Assembly: GCA_043228905.1 (NCBI GenBank)
Contig: JBHGNT010000020.1
Coordinates: forward strand, 4,216,001 to 4,280,000
Direction of reading: 5' to 3'
DNA: 64,000 nt
Source: Azolla caroliniana
Taxonomy: Eukaryota > Plantae > Polypodiophyta
Positions 25,216-35,615 of the stretch are shown here, piece after piece. The notes under the pieces are model-generated. The model had not been told where the DNA came from. It did not search any database and worked only from the letters and a program-made list of their open reading frames with translations. Each line of letters starts with the position of its first letter. The stretch's first letter is position 1. The position numbers and the translations under genes were made by a program.

Positions 25216-26081
25216 GGCGCTCCACTGCCGCCGCTATCTCCGACATCGCACGTTGTTCTTGAAGCATCCGCTCGAACATCATCATCATGTTGTTAGCCTC
25301 CGGTTGATTTTCCATCTCCTTGCCACCCGTGTTCACGTTGGGTTCACCACTTGTGTCGTGCCTTTCGGCGCCGGATTGTTGCGTGAGTCGGGTGGGAACC
25401 ACTGAGGTTTTGGACTAGGAGAAAAGATAATTCTAAGGCAATGAAGAATATGAAATATGTTGTAAGGAAGAAAGATATGAAAAACCCGTGAATCCCACGA
25501 GTATAGTGTATTAGTGAGTACTCAAATTAAGAGAGAAAAATAGTTAGCAAATTCATGAATCCCACGATTATATTATATTAATCCCCCTTGTAAAATAAGC
25601 AACAACCCCCCATACATCTTTCTCTCCTCCTTATATAAGGATGGAAGAGGCTAAGCATAGCTTCACACTTTTTCTAAAGTATTCACGCACACTAAATGTG
25701 CATGAGTTGCCTTTTTACACTATGCTTTTATTTCCTAAATATAGTGCTCATGCTCGCTAGATGTGCACGAGTCAATTTTTATCGGTGTACATTTTTCTTA
25801 TAAATAAAGTATTTACGCATTCTAAAAAATGCATGACTTTCCTTTTAATAAAGGTAGGCGTAAATAAAGGTCTTATACGTATTAAATCTATATTTGGAAC
25901 ACTTAGGATAAGTTAGTACATTGGTAAGGTTGGGGTTTGTTTACATGGAGGTACAGGGTTTGAATCTTGCCCTATGCATGCAATAAATAATTTTTAATAT
26001 TTTATTTTATTTATTATACGTACTTTAAATCGGATATAGTATTTTACATATTTCACGTAGTGTGTGATTCACACTACGACA
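25216..26081 (-). mobile_element. Truncated tRNA-Trp-primed Ty3 element, family B: 5' LTR 25354-26081, PBS 25332-25349, gag start (MENQPEANN...)
   Basis: LTR reads TGTCGTAG...CACGACA on the minus strand. Same PBS as family A but an unrelated LTR body. Fused by deletion to the copia integrase at ~25215. Confidence 0.82.
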
Positions 26082-27823
26082 ACGGTTCTGACAAATTGTC
26101 GGAAGCCTTATTTATTTAACGATCACCCGACCCGACATTAGCTATCCGGTTGGAGCGATCGGGCAATTCATGCAGAAGCCAATTGTGGAGCACCTTCAGT
26201 GTGCACACCAAATACTGAGGTATGTTAGCGACAGTAAGGACTGGGGACTGTTATACTGACATGGTATAACCGAAAAGCTAGTCGGATATACAAATGCCGA
26301 CTGGGCCGGTGATGCGTCGTATCGATGGTCAACATCTGGATTTATGTTTTCTCTAGGTAGCATAGTTGTTGCGTGGAGCAGCAAAAAGCACCCAACAATG
26401 GCTCTTTCGAGCACTGAGGTTGAGTATCGGGGCGCTACTGTTGCCACCTGTGAAGCCATATGGCTTCGGCGACTACTACAAGACCTCTGAATCGAAGTAC
26501 CAACTTCGATCCCGATCTACTGTGACAACATGAACAACATGCAGCTAGCCCATGCTCGGACGAACCACATAGAAGTGCATTATCACTTTGTGCGCAAGCG
26601 GGTCCTCAACGGTGAAGTCGTACTCCGATATGTCCGGATGGATCGATAGGTTGTCGACATCTTCACGAAGGCCCTTGGAACGACAAGTTGTAGCATTTTT
26701 CGGAGATACTTGGTCTTCAGCATCTCGACATACCGCACTTGAGGGGGAGAACCAGTACTGATACGGTGAGAACCGGAACCGGAATGGAAACCAAGAAAGT
26801 AGGAAATGGCACCGGACGAGCAGATAGAGAGAAGGAAACAACCAAAGCAGGGGGAGACAAGAAGATAAACGGAGCCGAGTCGACTAAAGATGTCGGCACA
26901 TCTGATAAAGTCGGAACAAGCGGTAGAGTCAAGGAGGACAGAGCCGACGGGAATGAGAAGGCCAAGACCTAGACGTGGTTCGACATGGTGAAGGGCCTGG
27001 AGGTTGAAGACAAATTGGATACAACCAATTCGGAGAAGAGCTGCAATGAATCAGAGGCACCCGATTCAGAGAAGTCGAATCAACTAAAGGCCAAACGGAC
27101 AAGAAGGCAGTTGAAGTCGACACCGACACGGAGCAACCGACGGGTTGATAAGTGCTGAAGTTGCAACAACGAAGGAGCTAAGAAGGGCCTTATGAGTAGA
27201 CAAGCCGACTGAGAAGGTCAAGAGCACAGAAGCGGAAGCGAATGGGTCAAGGAGCACGAGCAAAGTGAGAGGACGCCAGGAGGAGCCAGAGGAAAGGACC
27301 GATGGACACACATAGCGATCTGATCTCAAGATGAGCTAAAGGGGGAGTGTTGAACGGGCAAGCTCAACCGAATCCGGATCGGCTGAATAAGCCAAAGCAG
27401 GATCGGTATCTGGAACAGAGAACCGGATCGATGTTCCGATATATCGGTATCCAGAACCTAGAGCCGGACCAGAGAACCAGATCATACTCTAGAATGGTGA
27501 GAACCAGTAGGCCGTTGGAGCCTACGGTCCGAGCCTAGTACGTAGGCATATTCCTTGGTGTTAGTGTCAGTTGCTCGTATGAGCATTGAAGTACATGTTA
27601 GTACTTGTGTCAGTCCTTTTAAGGACTTGTATAAAAAGTGTAATCTGTAGGACATTTGGATCTACATAGTGCTATTATTTTGAATTAAGTTTATGCTATT
27701 TTGCTCTCTCTGTCTATCTCGTGTACTATGTATTCTAAAGCTTCAATTAAACCTTCATTTCTGTTTTACTGTTGTTATCCAACTGATCCGGTTTATCTAA
27801 GCTTCCGCATATAAACTTTTACA
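26082..27823 (+). mobile_element. 3' part of a Ty1/copia element: RT end/RNase H, ~600-bp 3' spacer, PPT, 3' LTR 27348-27823
   Basis: [35 protein letters not shown] aaagggggag is followed by TGTTGAAC, and the LTR ends ...CTTTTACA. Confidence 0.85.
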
Positions 27824-29229
27824 CGATGGGACTACGACAAGCGACCGAGTAGAAGAGAGGCGAACAAACTATCGCAGCAAGAATGTCAAAGATCGACCCA
27901 ACGGACGAGCCGAAAAGGAAAAGTCGAAGCAGACGGATAACCAAAAGGCTGAAGACACAACAATAAGCGAGGATACTGATTAGAGAGGAGACAATCATCA
28001 GGCAAGTGTAGCCGAAGACAAACTGAGGATCCGGCAAGGATCACAAATGCTAGCCCGAGTAGGAAGCATACAATCTACCAAAGACCGAGAGTCAGATTTA
28101 GACATGTGCCGATGTCACAAAGTTTCACTTGTGTGTGTTGCTCGAACTGGACCGCCGGGGCCTTGGGCCAAGGAGACTAAAGGGGTGAGGAAGTGGGAGA
28201 TTAAGACAAAGACATGGGCAATTTATACACAAGTGGAGATTAAACAAATATGGGTTTAAACAACAGTTAGATTTAATACCACGATTTCGGTGGGGTTTTG
28301 TTTTATACATAGAATCAGTTTCATGATTAATAAAAAATGGCTATGAATCAAAACGGGCTTTTGTTTTCTTTAGAATTGTTAGGCTTGACACTACGATTTC
28401 GGTGGTTTTTACAACAATTAGTTATGAAATAATCAAAGGCCAAAATAATCTAACGAAGGTGAGTCTAGTGGGCTCCGAGATCGACTACTTCCGATGACTA
28501 TGTTGCCTCGATTCGGAGTAGCCCTCATGCCACTACAAACTCCCTTCCGCAACCGGACACCCAGTTGACTACCACTGAGATGACGAAAAAGCCGTTGTTT
28601 AAGAAATGCAAACCTAAAATATCTCAAGTAAGAAGTAGAATACTAGAAGCAAAACTCTCAAACCCTAAAATCCTAATACCTCTAGTATGTTGAGGAGAAA
28701 ATAAGAAGCTCTCAAACTCTAACCCTAGAAGGAAAAGAAGAAGGAAAAAGGGATAAGGAGAAAGGGAGGCTACAAAACTCTAACCCAATAAGAAGATGAA
28801 ACCATAGTGGTACACCCCTAAGACAATATGGGTGACCCCATAATAAACCCTATTCCTCCCCTCTTATAGAGGAATGAGGCGCCTATTTTAACATGTTTTT
28901 TTTCATTTCCTTTGTCACAAGAAACAAGGAGAGCAAAATATTCCTTGATTTACACCAAGAGAGACTCAAACTCTACACTTCTCTACATATACTTATCAAC
29001 CCTAACCACTAAGCTACTTTAAGTTATTTATTATTTTTGTTTTTTTTCACTTATACATGACTTCATGAGATGCGCGTCGAACCTCGCTTTTTCTCACACG
29101 CCACACCACACCATGACACTGATCCGAACAAACAAGCTTATTCAGACGCAATTTGATCCGACCAACTCAGACAAGACGATTAGGAAGACATATGATCTGA
29201 ATGACTAGTTGAATTAGGCTAGATTCTAA

Positions 29230-29696
29230 CGTTACCTTTGTAGATTCAGCCAAATGCCAACTGCCTTGTATGTATACAATTGTAACGATAGATTAAAATT
29301 GTAATCTAAGTTGAAGGGGGAGATAACCCCAATTATCTGTATACATAGGAAGAGTAGCCCTTTTACGGGGGAGTTTGTTGGCATGAAAGGCCGACTCCTT
29401 CCACCTTTTATCCTTGGTGTGAACACGTTCCCTAGTTAGGGCTTGAGTATATAAGCCCAACTGAGAGGTTGTAAAGAGTGAGAGAGAGAGTTATAGAAGA
29501 GAAATATAGTTTCCATTAGAGCTTCAACTATGCATCTTGCTTCTTACACATTGTTTCCATTAAAGCTTCAATTGTGCATCTTGCTTCTTGCACACTGGTC
29601 ATACTCTGTTTCTCTGTCTTGTATATGTTGTTTGCTTGACACTCATCTTGCAGGTCCTCATCTTTCGCTGCACCAACATATCTTCATATTGAACAA
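29230..29696 (+). mobile_element. Probable decayed LTR (TATATAA at ~29448, GA tract, 44-bp direct repeat 29510-29595)
   Basis: LTR-like composition only; termini and TSD are not resolved. Confidence 0.35.
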
Positions 29697-31513
29697 TATG
29701 GAGTAGTCGAAAGGCTTTGTGGTATCCGGCCAAGAGCATCTAGTCTGTAGACTAAGGAAGAGTCTATACGGCCTGATGTGGGCACCGCGACATTGGTATA
29801 AAGAAGTTCGATGACTTATCGATCGGCTTCTCAAAGAGCGATGAGGACCACTGCCTCTTCACTAGAATGGCTTGAGATGGGTCACCCATCATCATCTACG
29901 TGGACGACGTGCTACTCTTTGGTCATGAAGTTCACCATGAAGGATCTTAGTCCGACAAGACACATTTTGGGGATGAAGTTTGCTACTTTGCAGGTGAAGT
30001 TTTCCATGAAGGACCTCTATCCGACAAGACACATTTTGAGGATGAAGATAAGTTGCATTCGGAAAAAACGACAATAGTTTTTGTCTCAAGCTTATTATAT
30101 TGGATGTATCTTGGAATGCTTCAACATGCAATCAACAAAATCTGCTTCGACCCCGCTCCCAATTAACCTTTGGCTGTCTCAAAGACACTACCCAACATCC
30201 AATCCGAAGGGGGAAACTATGAAGTCGGTACCTTATGCATCGGTTGTCGGCTCCTTAGTGTACGTGATGGTCGCCACACGACCAAACTTAGCTCACGTTA
30301 TAGGAGTTGTTAACAAATTTATGCACAATCATGGCCAATCGCATTGGAATGCAATAAAGCACGTGTTCAGATATCTGGTAGGCACAAAAGACTACGACAT
30401 CCTATTTGGCTTGAACAAAACTTTAAGCATAATTGGATACACAAACTTAGACTTTGTTGGTTGCCTAGACAGCCGAAAGTCGACAACCGGATACTGCTTC
30501 AAATTCGGCAATGGAGCAATCTCATGGAAGTCGAAACTATAAGAGTGCACGACCGAGGCCAAATATGTAGCCGCGTTTGACGCGACAAAAGAGGCCTTAT
30601 CGCATTGGAATGCAATAAAGCACGTGTTCAGATATCTGGTAGGCACAAAAGACTACGACATCCTATTTGGCTTGAACAAAACTTTAAGCATAATTGGATA
30701 CACAAACTTAGACTTTGTTGGTTGCCTAGACAGCCGAAAGTCGACAACCGGATATTGCTTCAAATTCGGCAATGGAGCAATCTCGTGGAAGTCGAAACTA
30801 TAAGAGTGCACGACCGAGGCCAAATATGTAGCCGCGTTTGACGCGACAAAAGAGGCCTTATGCCTCGGTCAATTGGCATGCATGTTTCAACAAGCCGACT
30901 CCGATTCAACTCTAGTTATCTATAGTGACAGTCAAGGTGTTTTCGCTCTGTCCAAAAATCCGATTCATCACAACACCTTGAAGCATATAAACATGAGGGT
31001 ATCACTTCGTTTGGGACTGCGTCATTTTAGGGAAAATCAGCCTCGAGAAGATATCTACAACTGATAATGTCACAGATGGGATGACCAAGTGTCTTCTAAT
31101 AGACCATTTTCGGTCTCTTCGGCACTAGATGGGCATTGAAGAAATCAGTCCGATTGAGTCGGACATTCAGGATAGTTTCGGACATTCGACATCAACCTTT
31201 TGAGATTCAGTAATCAACATAGCCAACTTGACTTTAGACTTTCCGACTATGACTCACTTTCGGACTAGCCGATTCTCGGCCCTTTCGGCTTCTTGGTTTT
31301 TGGACATTGCTGTATTCGAACAAAAGCCGACTTTTCTGAAAACCTTGTATAAATTTGTATTTTTTGTTCAATCCTTTTAAAGATTTTTGTTGTATACGCC
31401 CATTACGGGGGAGTGTCGAATACGACTTCATAATGGATGTATTTACACTGTCCCCATTGGACAGACTAGGTCTAAGCAATATTTGTAAATATTGGAAAGG
31501 GTAGTTGCCCTAG
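29697..31513 (+). mobile_element. 3' part of a Tork-like copia (same family as 235-4639): RT, RNase H, PPT, truncated 3' LTR from 31414
   Basis: LRKSLYGL, MKDL..TRHILGM, VPYASVVGSL, GAISWKSKL. ggggag|TGTCGAATACG matches the 4639 LTR start. Confidence 0.88.
30340..30861. repeat. 261-bp near-perfect tandem duplication within copia RT/RNase H
   Basis: cgcattggaatgcaataaagcacg... at 30340 and 30601; the duplicated ORFs 30344 and 30605 differ by one residue. Confidence 0.95.
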
Positions 31514-31700
31514 TTTGGCTTATATTTAAACTGAAGTTTGTAGCCTAGTTCGGGGGTTGTTGGTGCCTCCATTTGTTGTAACTTCTATTCCTTGAATAAT
31601 ACATGTGCTCCCTCCCTCCCTCTCTCTTGGGTTGGATACCCAATTTCTCACCTCTCTATTATATACTTCATACATATCTCTTAATTCACTAGATGTCACT

Positions 31701-31772
31701 GTAGAATGTAGGGGTTGAACCCATGACCACCTGGTCTTCATTGGGCAACCTTATCAACCAAGCTACATCCAT
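31701..31772 (-). other. Degenerate tRNA-derived sequence (Pol III A/B boxes) within an LTR-like remnant
   Basis: TAGCTTGGTTG (A box, T at 31765) and GGTTCAACCCC (B box, G53 at 31720) are 45 nt apart. TGGTC occupies the variable-loop position and ATGAAGA the anticodon-loop position. The stems are largely broken. Confidence 0.55.
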
Positions 31773-31909
31773 TTGGGCTTTCTCTCTCTTTCTCTTTTTC
31801 ACTTTGTTTACTAATCTTGTCCTCTGTACACCTTGCTTAGTTAAATGTCAACTTGTTGTTCTTGATCAAGGGTTTTGTTCCTTGTTTCCACATATTGATG
31901 GTCTTCGTT

Positions 31910-33045
31910 TCTAACACATGGGATCTTCTCGCACCTCCACCACACAAGAAAGCAATCGGTTGTCGTTGGATATACAAAATTAAACACAATGCCAATGGAA
32001 CATTCAATTGATACAAGGATGGGTTTGTAGTACAGGGGTATGCTTAGACCCATGAGATTAATTATGAAGAAACCTTTGCCCCAGTAGCAAAGATGACTAC
32101 GATTCAGATGGTCCTTGCACTCGCGACAGCAAAAGGGTGGCATCTCCACCAAATGGGCGTCAAGAATGCAAACCTCCAAGGCAAACTAGAGGAGGAGGTC
32201 TACATGGTACAACCACCTGGCTTCAAGTCTACATCACATCGAAATGTCGTACGCCAACTTAGGAAGCCCCTCTATGGTCTCAAGCAAGTGCCACGGGCTT
32301 GGCATTCAAAGATCACGCAATTCCTGCACCGAATCGTCTTTTGGACGTCTAAATCTAACAATTCCTTATTCATTTGAAGCAACTCAAGTGGTTTGATCTT
32401 CATCATCATATATGTCGACGACGTAGTGATCAGTGGTGAACACCTAGCCAACATCAACAAGGTCAAGATGCTCCTCTCCGAGAAGTTCGAGATGAAAGAC
32501 ATGAACAAACTTCATTACTTCCTAGGAATCGAGGTCATCTGAACCGGCAATGGCATCGTGCTCTCCCAACGCCACTACATCTTGAATCTTCTGTTCAAGT
32601 TCTGCATGATGGACCACAAGCCAATATTGACTCCCCTCGACCGCAACCTGAAATTGCACACGAACTCCGACACACCATGTGAGTTGACTCAATGTCAGAA
32701 AATCATTGGGAGTCTCATCTACCTGACTGTAATGTGTCCCGACCTTAGCTATGTGGTCGGCCTCCTTCGCCAATTCACGCAAACACCATGTGACACGCAT
32801 TTGCATTGTGATGAGCGTGTCTTACGATACGTTAGTGGGACCATGGATTGGGGAATCTTCTATAAGAAAGGAGCAAACTATTCAGCTTGAAGGATACACC
32901 AATGCCAATTGGGCCGACAATTTATCCGATCAATAGCCAATATCTGGGTTGGTTTTCTCATTCAAAAGCGGAGCGATCTCGTGGAGTAGCAAAAAGTAGC
33001 GGACTGTTGCACTGCCCAACACCGAAGTTGAGTATAGGGGAATGA
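31910..33045 (+). mobile_element. Degenerate copia RT/RNase H fragment (40178-type family)
   Basis: [42 protein letters not shown]. Confidence 0.85.
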
Positions 33046-33060
33046 TCTCCCTCTAGGATC

Positions 33061-34250
33061 TTGATACTTCAAGATAAATGGATACTGGAAATGCGTCACG
33101 AGTGCTTGTCGCAAAACAACTCTTAGGCCATTGACTCAATGTTTAATACAAACCAATTCGGGCTACCATTATATGTTGTGGTTGCTCCAAACGCCATGGG
33201 GATTGGGATCCCATTATGGTATGTGATATGTAATTCTAATAACAGGTCAGACCAAAAGGATGCCCAAGGTGGGGCCAAATGCAATAGTGATTGATAAATG
33301 TTGGACATCATATAATGTCATATCTAACGTGGTTGCTCAAGACCGTCAATCTTGGATTGTTGCAAATGGGCAACGGTCACAAACACATTGTTGCCTTTTG
33401 TTGTGTCAGTTCCACGCAAAAAAATCATGGGTGGACAACTTGTTGTCTAAAGTAAGTGTTTCCGAGAGAAACCATCTCTATCAATGAATGTGACAACTCA
33501 TGCATTGCATTACAAAATCAACGTTCAATGCCATGTGTGAGGATTTAAAGGTATAATGTCTCACTCCAACGCTCATATTGTGGTTGCCAAGACCTAGCAA
33601 GTAAATGTAAGCAATTAATCAGAATTTAGATGATCATTGAGAGGCATATGCCATCATTGTATGGGTCATTACCATTTATAGATCATGAGGCCCAAATGCT
33701 AATGAGAGATATCACAGAAATAGAAGTCGAGATAGAGGCAGAACTAGACGGGGAGACAAACCCTAGAACATCTAACATGGAATCATGGAAGTCTCAAACA
33801 CAAACTGCCAAGGAAGTTATTCAATGGCTCGAGCAAAGGTTAGGATCCTTCGAACAGGTTGCTCTTGAGGATTGTATGTAGACATTGGCATATCTACGAC
33901 AAAAGGTGTATGGTTTAGGTGCACTGAAATCTACCAACAACGAAAGCACATTTTTAATAAGTTGGAAGCAGCAAATAGGTGTAAAAAGAGGAGCAACGAT
34001 CAACATCTCGCAAGAACTTATTGGCAACTCCCCAAACACTTCCAAATCCCACATCGGAAAACTACGAAGAGGTGCAACTCGGGCTAGGAGGCGGTTGCCA
34101 ATATGTGAGACTGAGAAGGTTTGATCTTTGCATTGCGATGGTTTGACGTTGACCTCAAGGGATTCGAATGCTAATTGGGGCAAAAATTGTGGCCACATTT
34201 TGCAATCATCCCCACATGAGCCATAATCACTGCTTACGTTGGATCCTGTT
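33061..34250 (+). pseudogene. Mutator-like (MULE) DNA-transposon transposase remnant
   Basis: Frame from 33061 reads LILQDKW...AIDSMFNTNQFGLPLYVVVAPNAMGIGIPLW, then PNAIVIDK...LLLCQFHAKKSW. These match the MULE D..TN..PL, D and CxxH motifs. Stops and frameshifts are present; TIRs were not identified. Confidence 0.7.
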
Positions 34251-34671
34251 TTCATCCTTAATGGTTTTGGACTTGGGGTTGTGGACATGGTGCGCTATTA
34301 GATTTTGGACATTTTGTGATGATATATTTTGTAATTTGAAGTTTTATGTTTTGTGTGATTGGAAGATTGAGGGTTTTTAGTGGAATTTTGGTGTAACATT
34401 TTGTTGTCATATTTTTTTTTTTTTACAGTTAGAATTTTTTGTTGTTTTTCATGTCTAAATTGGAGTAAGGCGACTGGCCTAAAGTCCGGTGATAAAAAAG
34501 AACCCAAGAAAAACGCAGGGCAGAGGGGCATCAGTGGGAAATATAGAAAACCATGGCTCCCTCCTCCCTCCTCTTCTGAATCCTGATATGTCTTTTTTGG
34601 TTTCTCGGTTTCGATTTGTCGTCCTTACGGAAAATCCATCTGTTCTATTCTCAATCTCGTCGTCGTCGTCG

Positions 34672-34708
<37 letters not shown>

Positions 34709-34853
34709 GATCACCATCATCATCAGATCTGCTTCTTTCCACCATGGCATATTAAGCTTCAGCTAATATCCTTTCTTTATCCGCAGACACAGAAGAACAG
34801 AGAAAAGCAGTAAGAAAGAACTAGAAGAGTGAAAGAAGGTCCATACGAGACAG

Positions 34854-35562
34854 GTAAGAAGCATCTATGTGTTGAAAGGACGATGGTGATTGATTTAAAC
34901 AAGGGTTCTTACGGATTAATTTAGGATTTTGGGCTTTTGACGGAATAATACAGGACTTTAGGTTTTCAACTGAATGAATAAGGTTTAGGTATTCTTTCTT
35001 TACGGAATAAGTTAGAGTTTAACTTTTGGACCAAATAATTTAGCCCCTATGTTCTTTTCTTGACTGGACATATCTAGGGTTTCTGACCAGAATAAAAGAG
35101 AGGGTTTTAGTGTTTTTGAGATATGAAACAGACGATCCTAGTTTTAGGTTAAGAAATTTTGAGAGATAAAAGGAGGTCTATGTCTATCATTGCGGTCATT
35201 GACAAATTTTTAGGCAATAGGGTTTAGCTTTATTTGACAGAATTTATGGTTTAGTGCTTTTTACAGAATAAATGAGAAGGCTTTTTTATGAATAGAAGAT
35301 AAGGTATAGGATTTTCAACAGAATACGAGAGAAGGTTTGAGGTTTAGGATTTTGGTAGCTGGGGATTTTATGAGATAAAATAGAAATCATTAGGTTTAGG
35401 ATTTAGAGTTTATTGTGAGTTAAAATAGAAATCATTAGGTTTAGGATTTAGAGTTTTTTTGTGAGATAAAATAGAAGCATGTAGGTTTGGGTTTAGGTTT
35501 TTGATAGAATAAAAGAGAAGGGTTTTCGCCATAATAAAGTAAAAAATATCTATGAGTTTCAG
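34854..35562 (+). other. Putative 5'-UTR intron of the trihelix gene
   Basis: cag|GTAAGA donor at 34854 and tttcAG| acceptor at 35562, 53 nt before the ATG. AT-rich with TAGGGTTT-like motifs. Confidence 0.55.
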
Positions 35563-35615
35563 GAAAGAAAGAGAAATTGAAAGAGGAGAGATAAAGCAAA
35601 GAAATTGAGTCATAG

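Noticed and set aside
34479-34745. Minus-strand poly-Asp ORF as a divergent gene
   Set aside because: Its length comes from a (TCG/TCA)n repeat. It has no recognisable domain or downstream exons and runs into transposon remnants.
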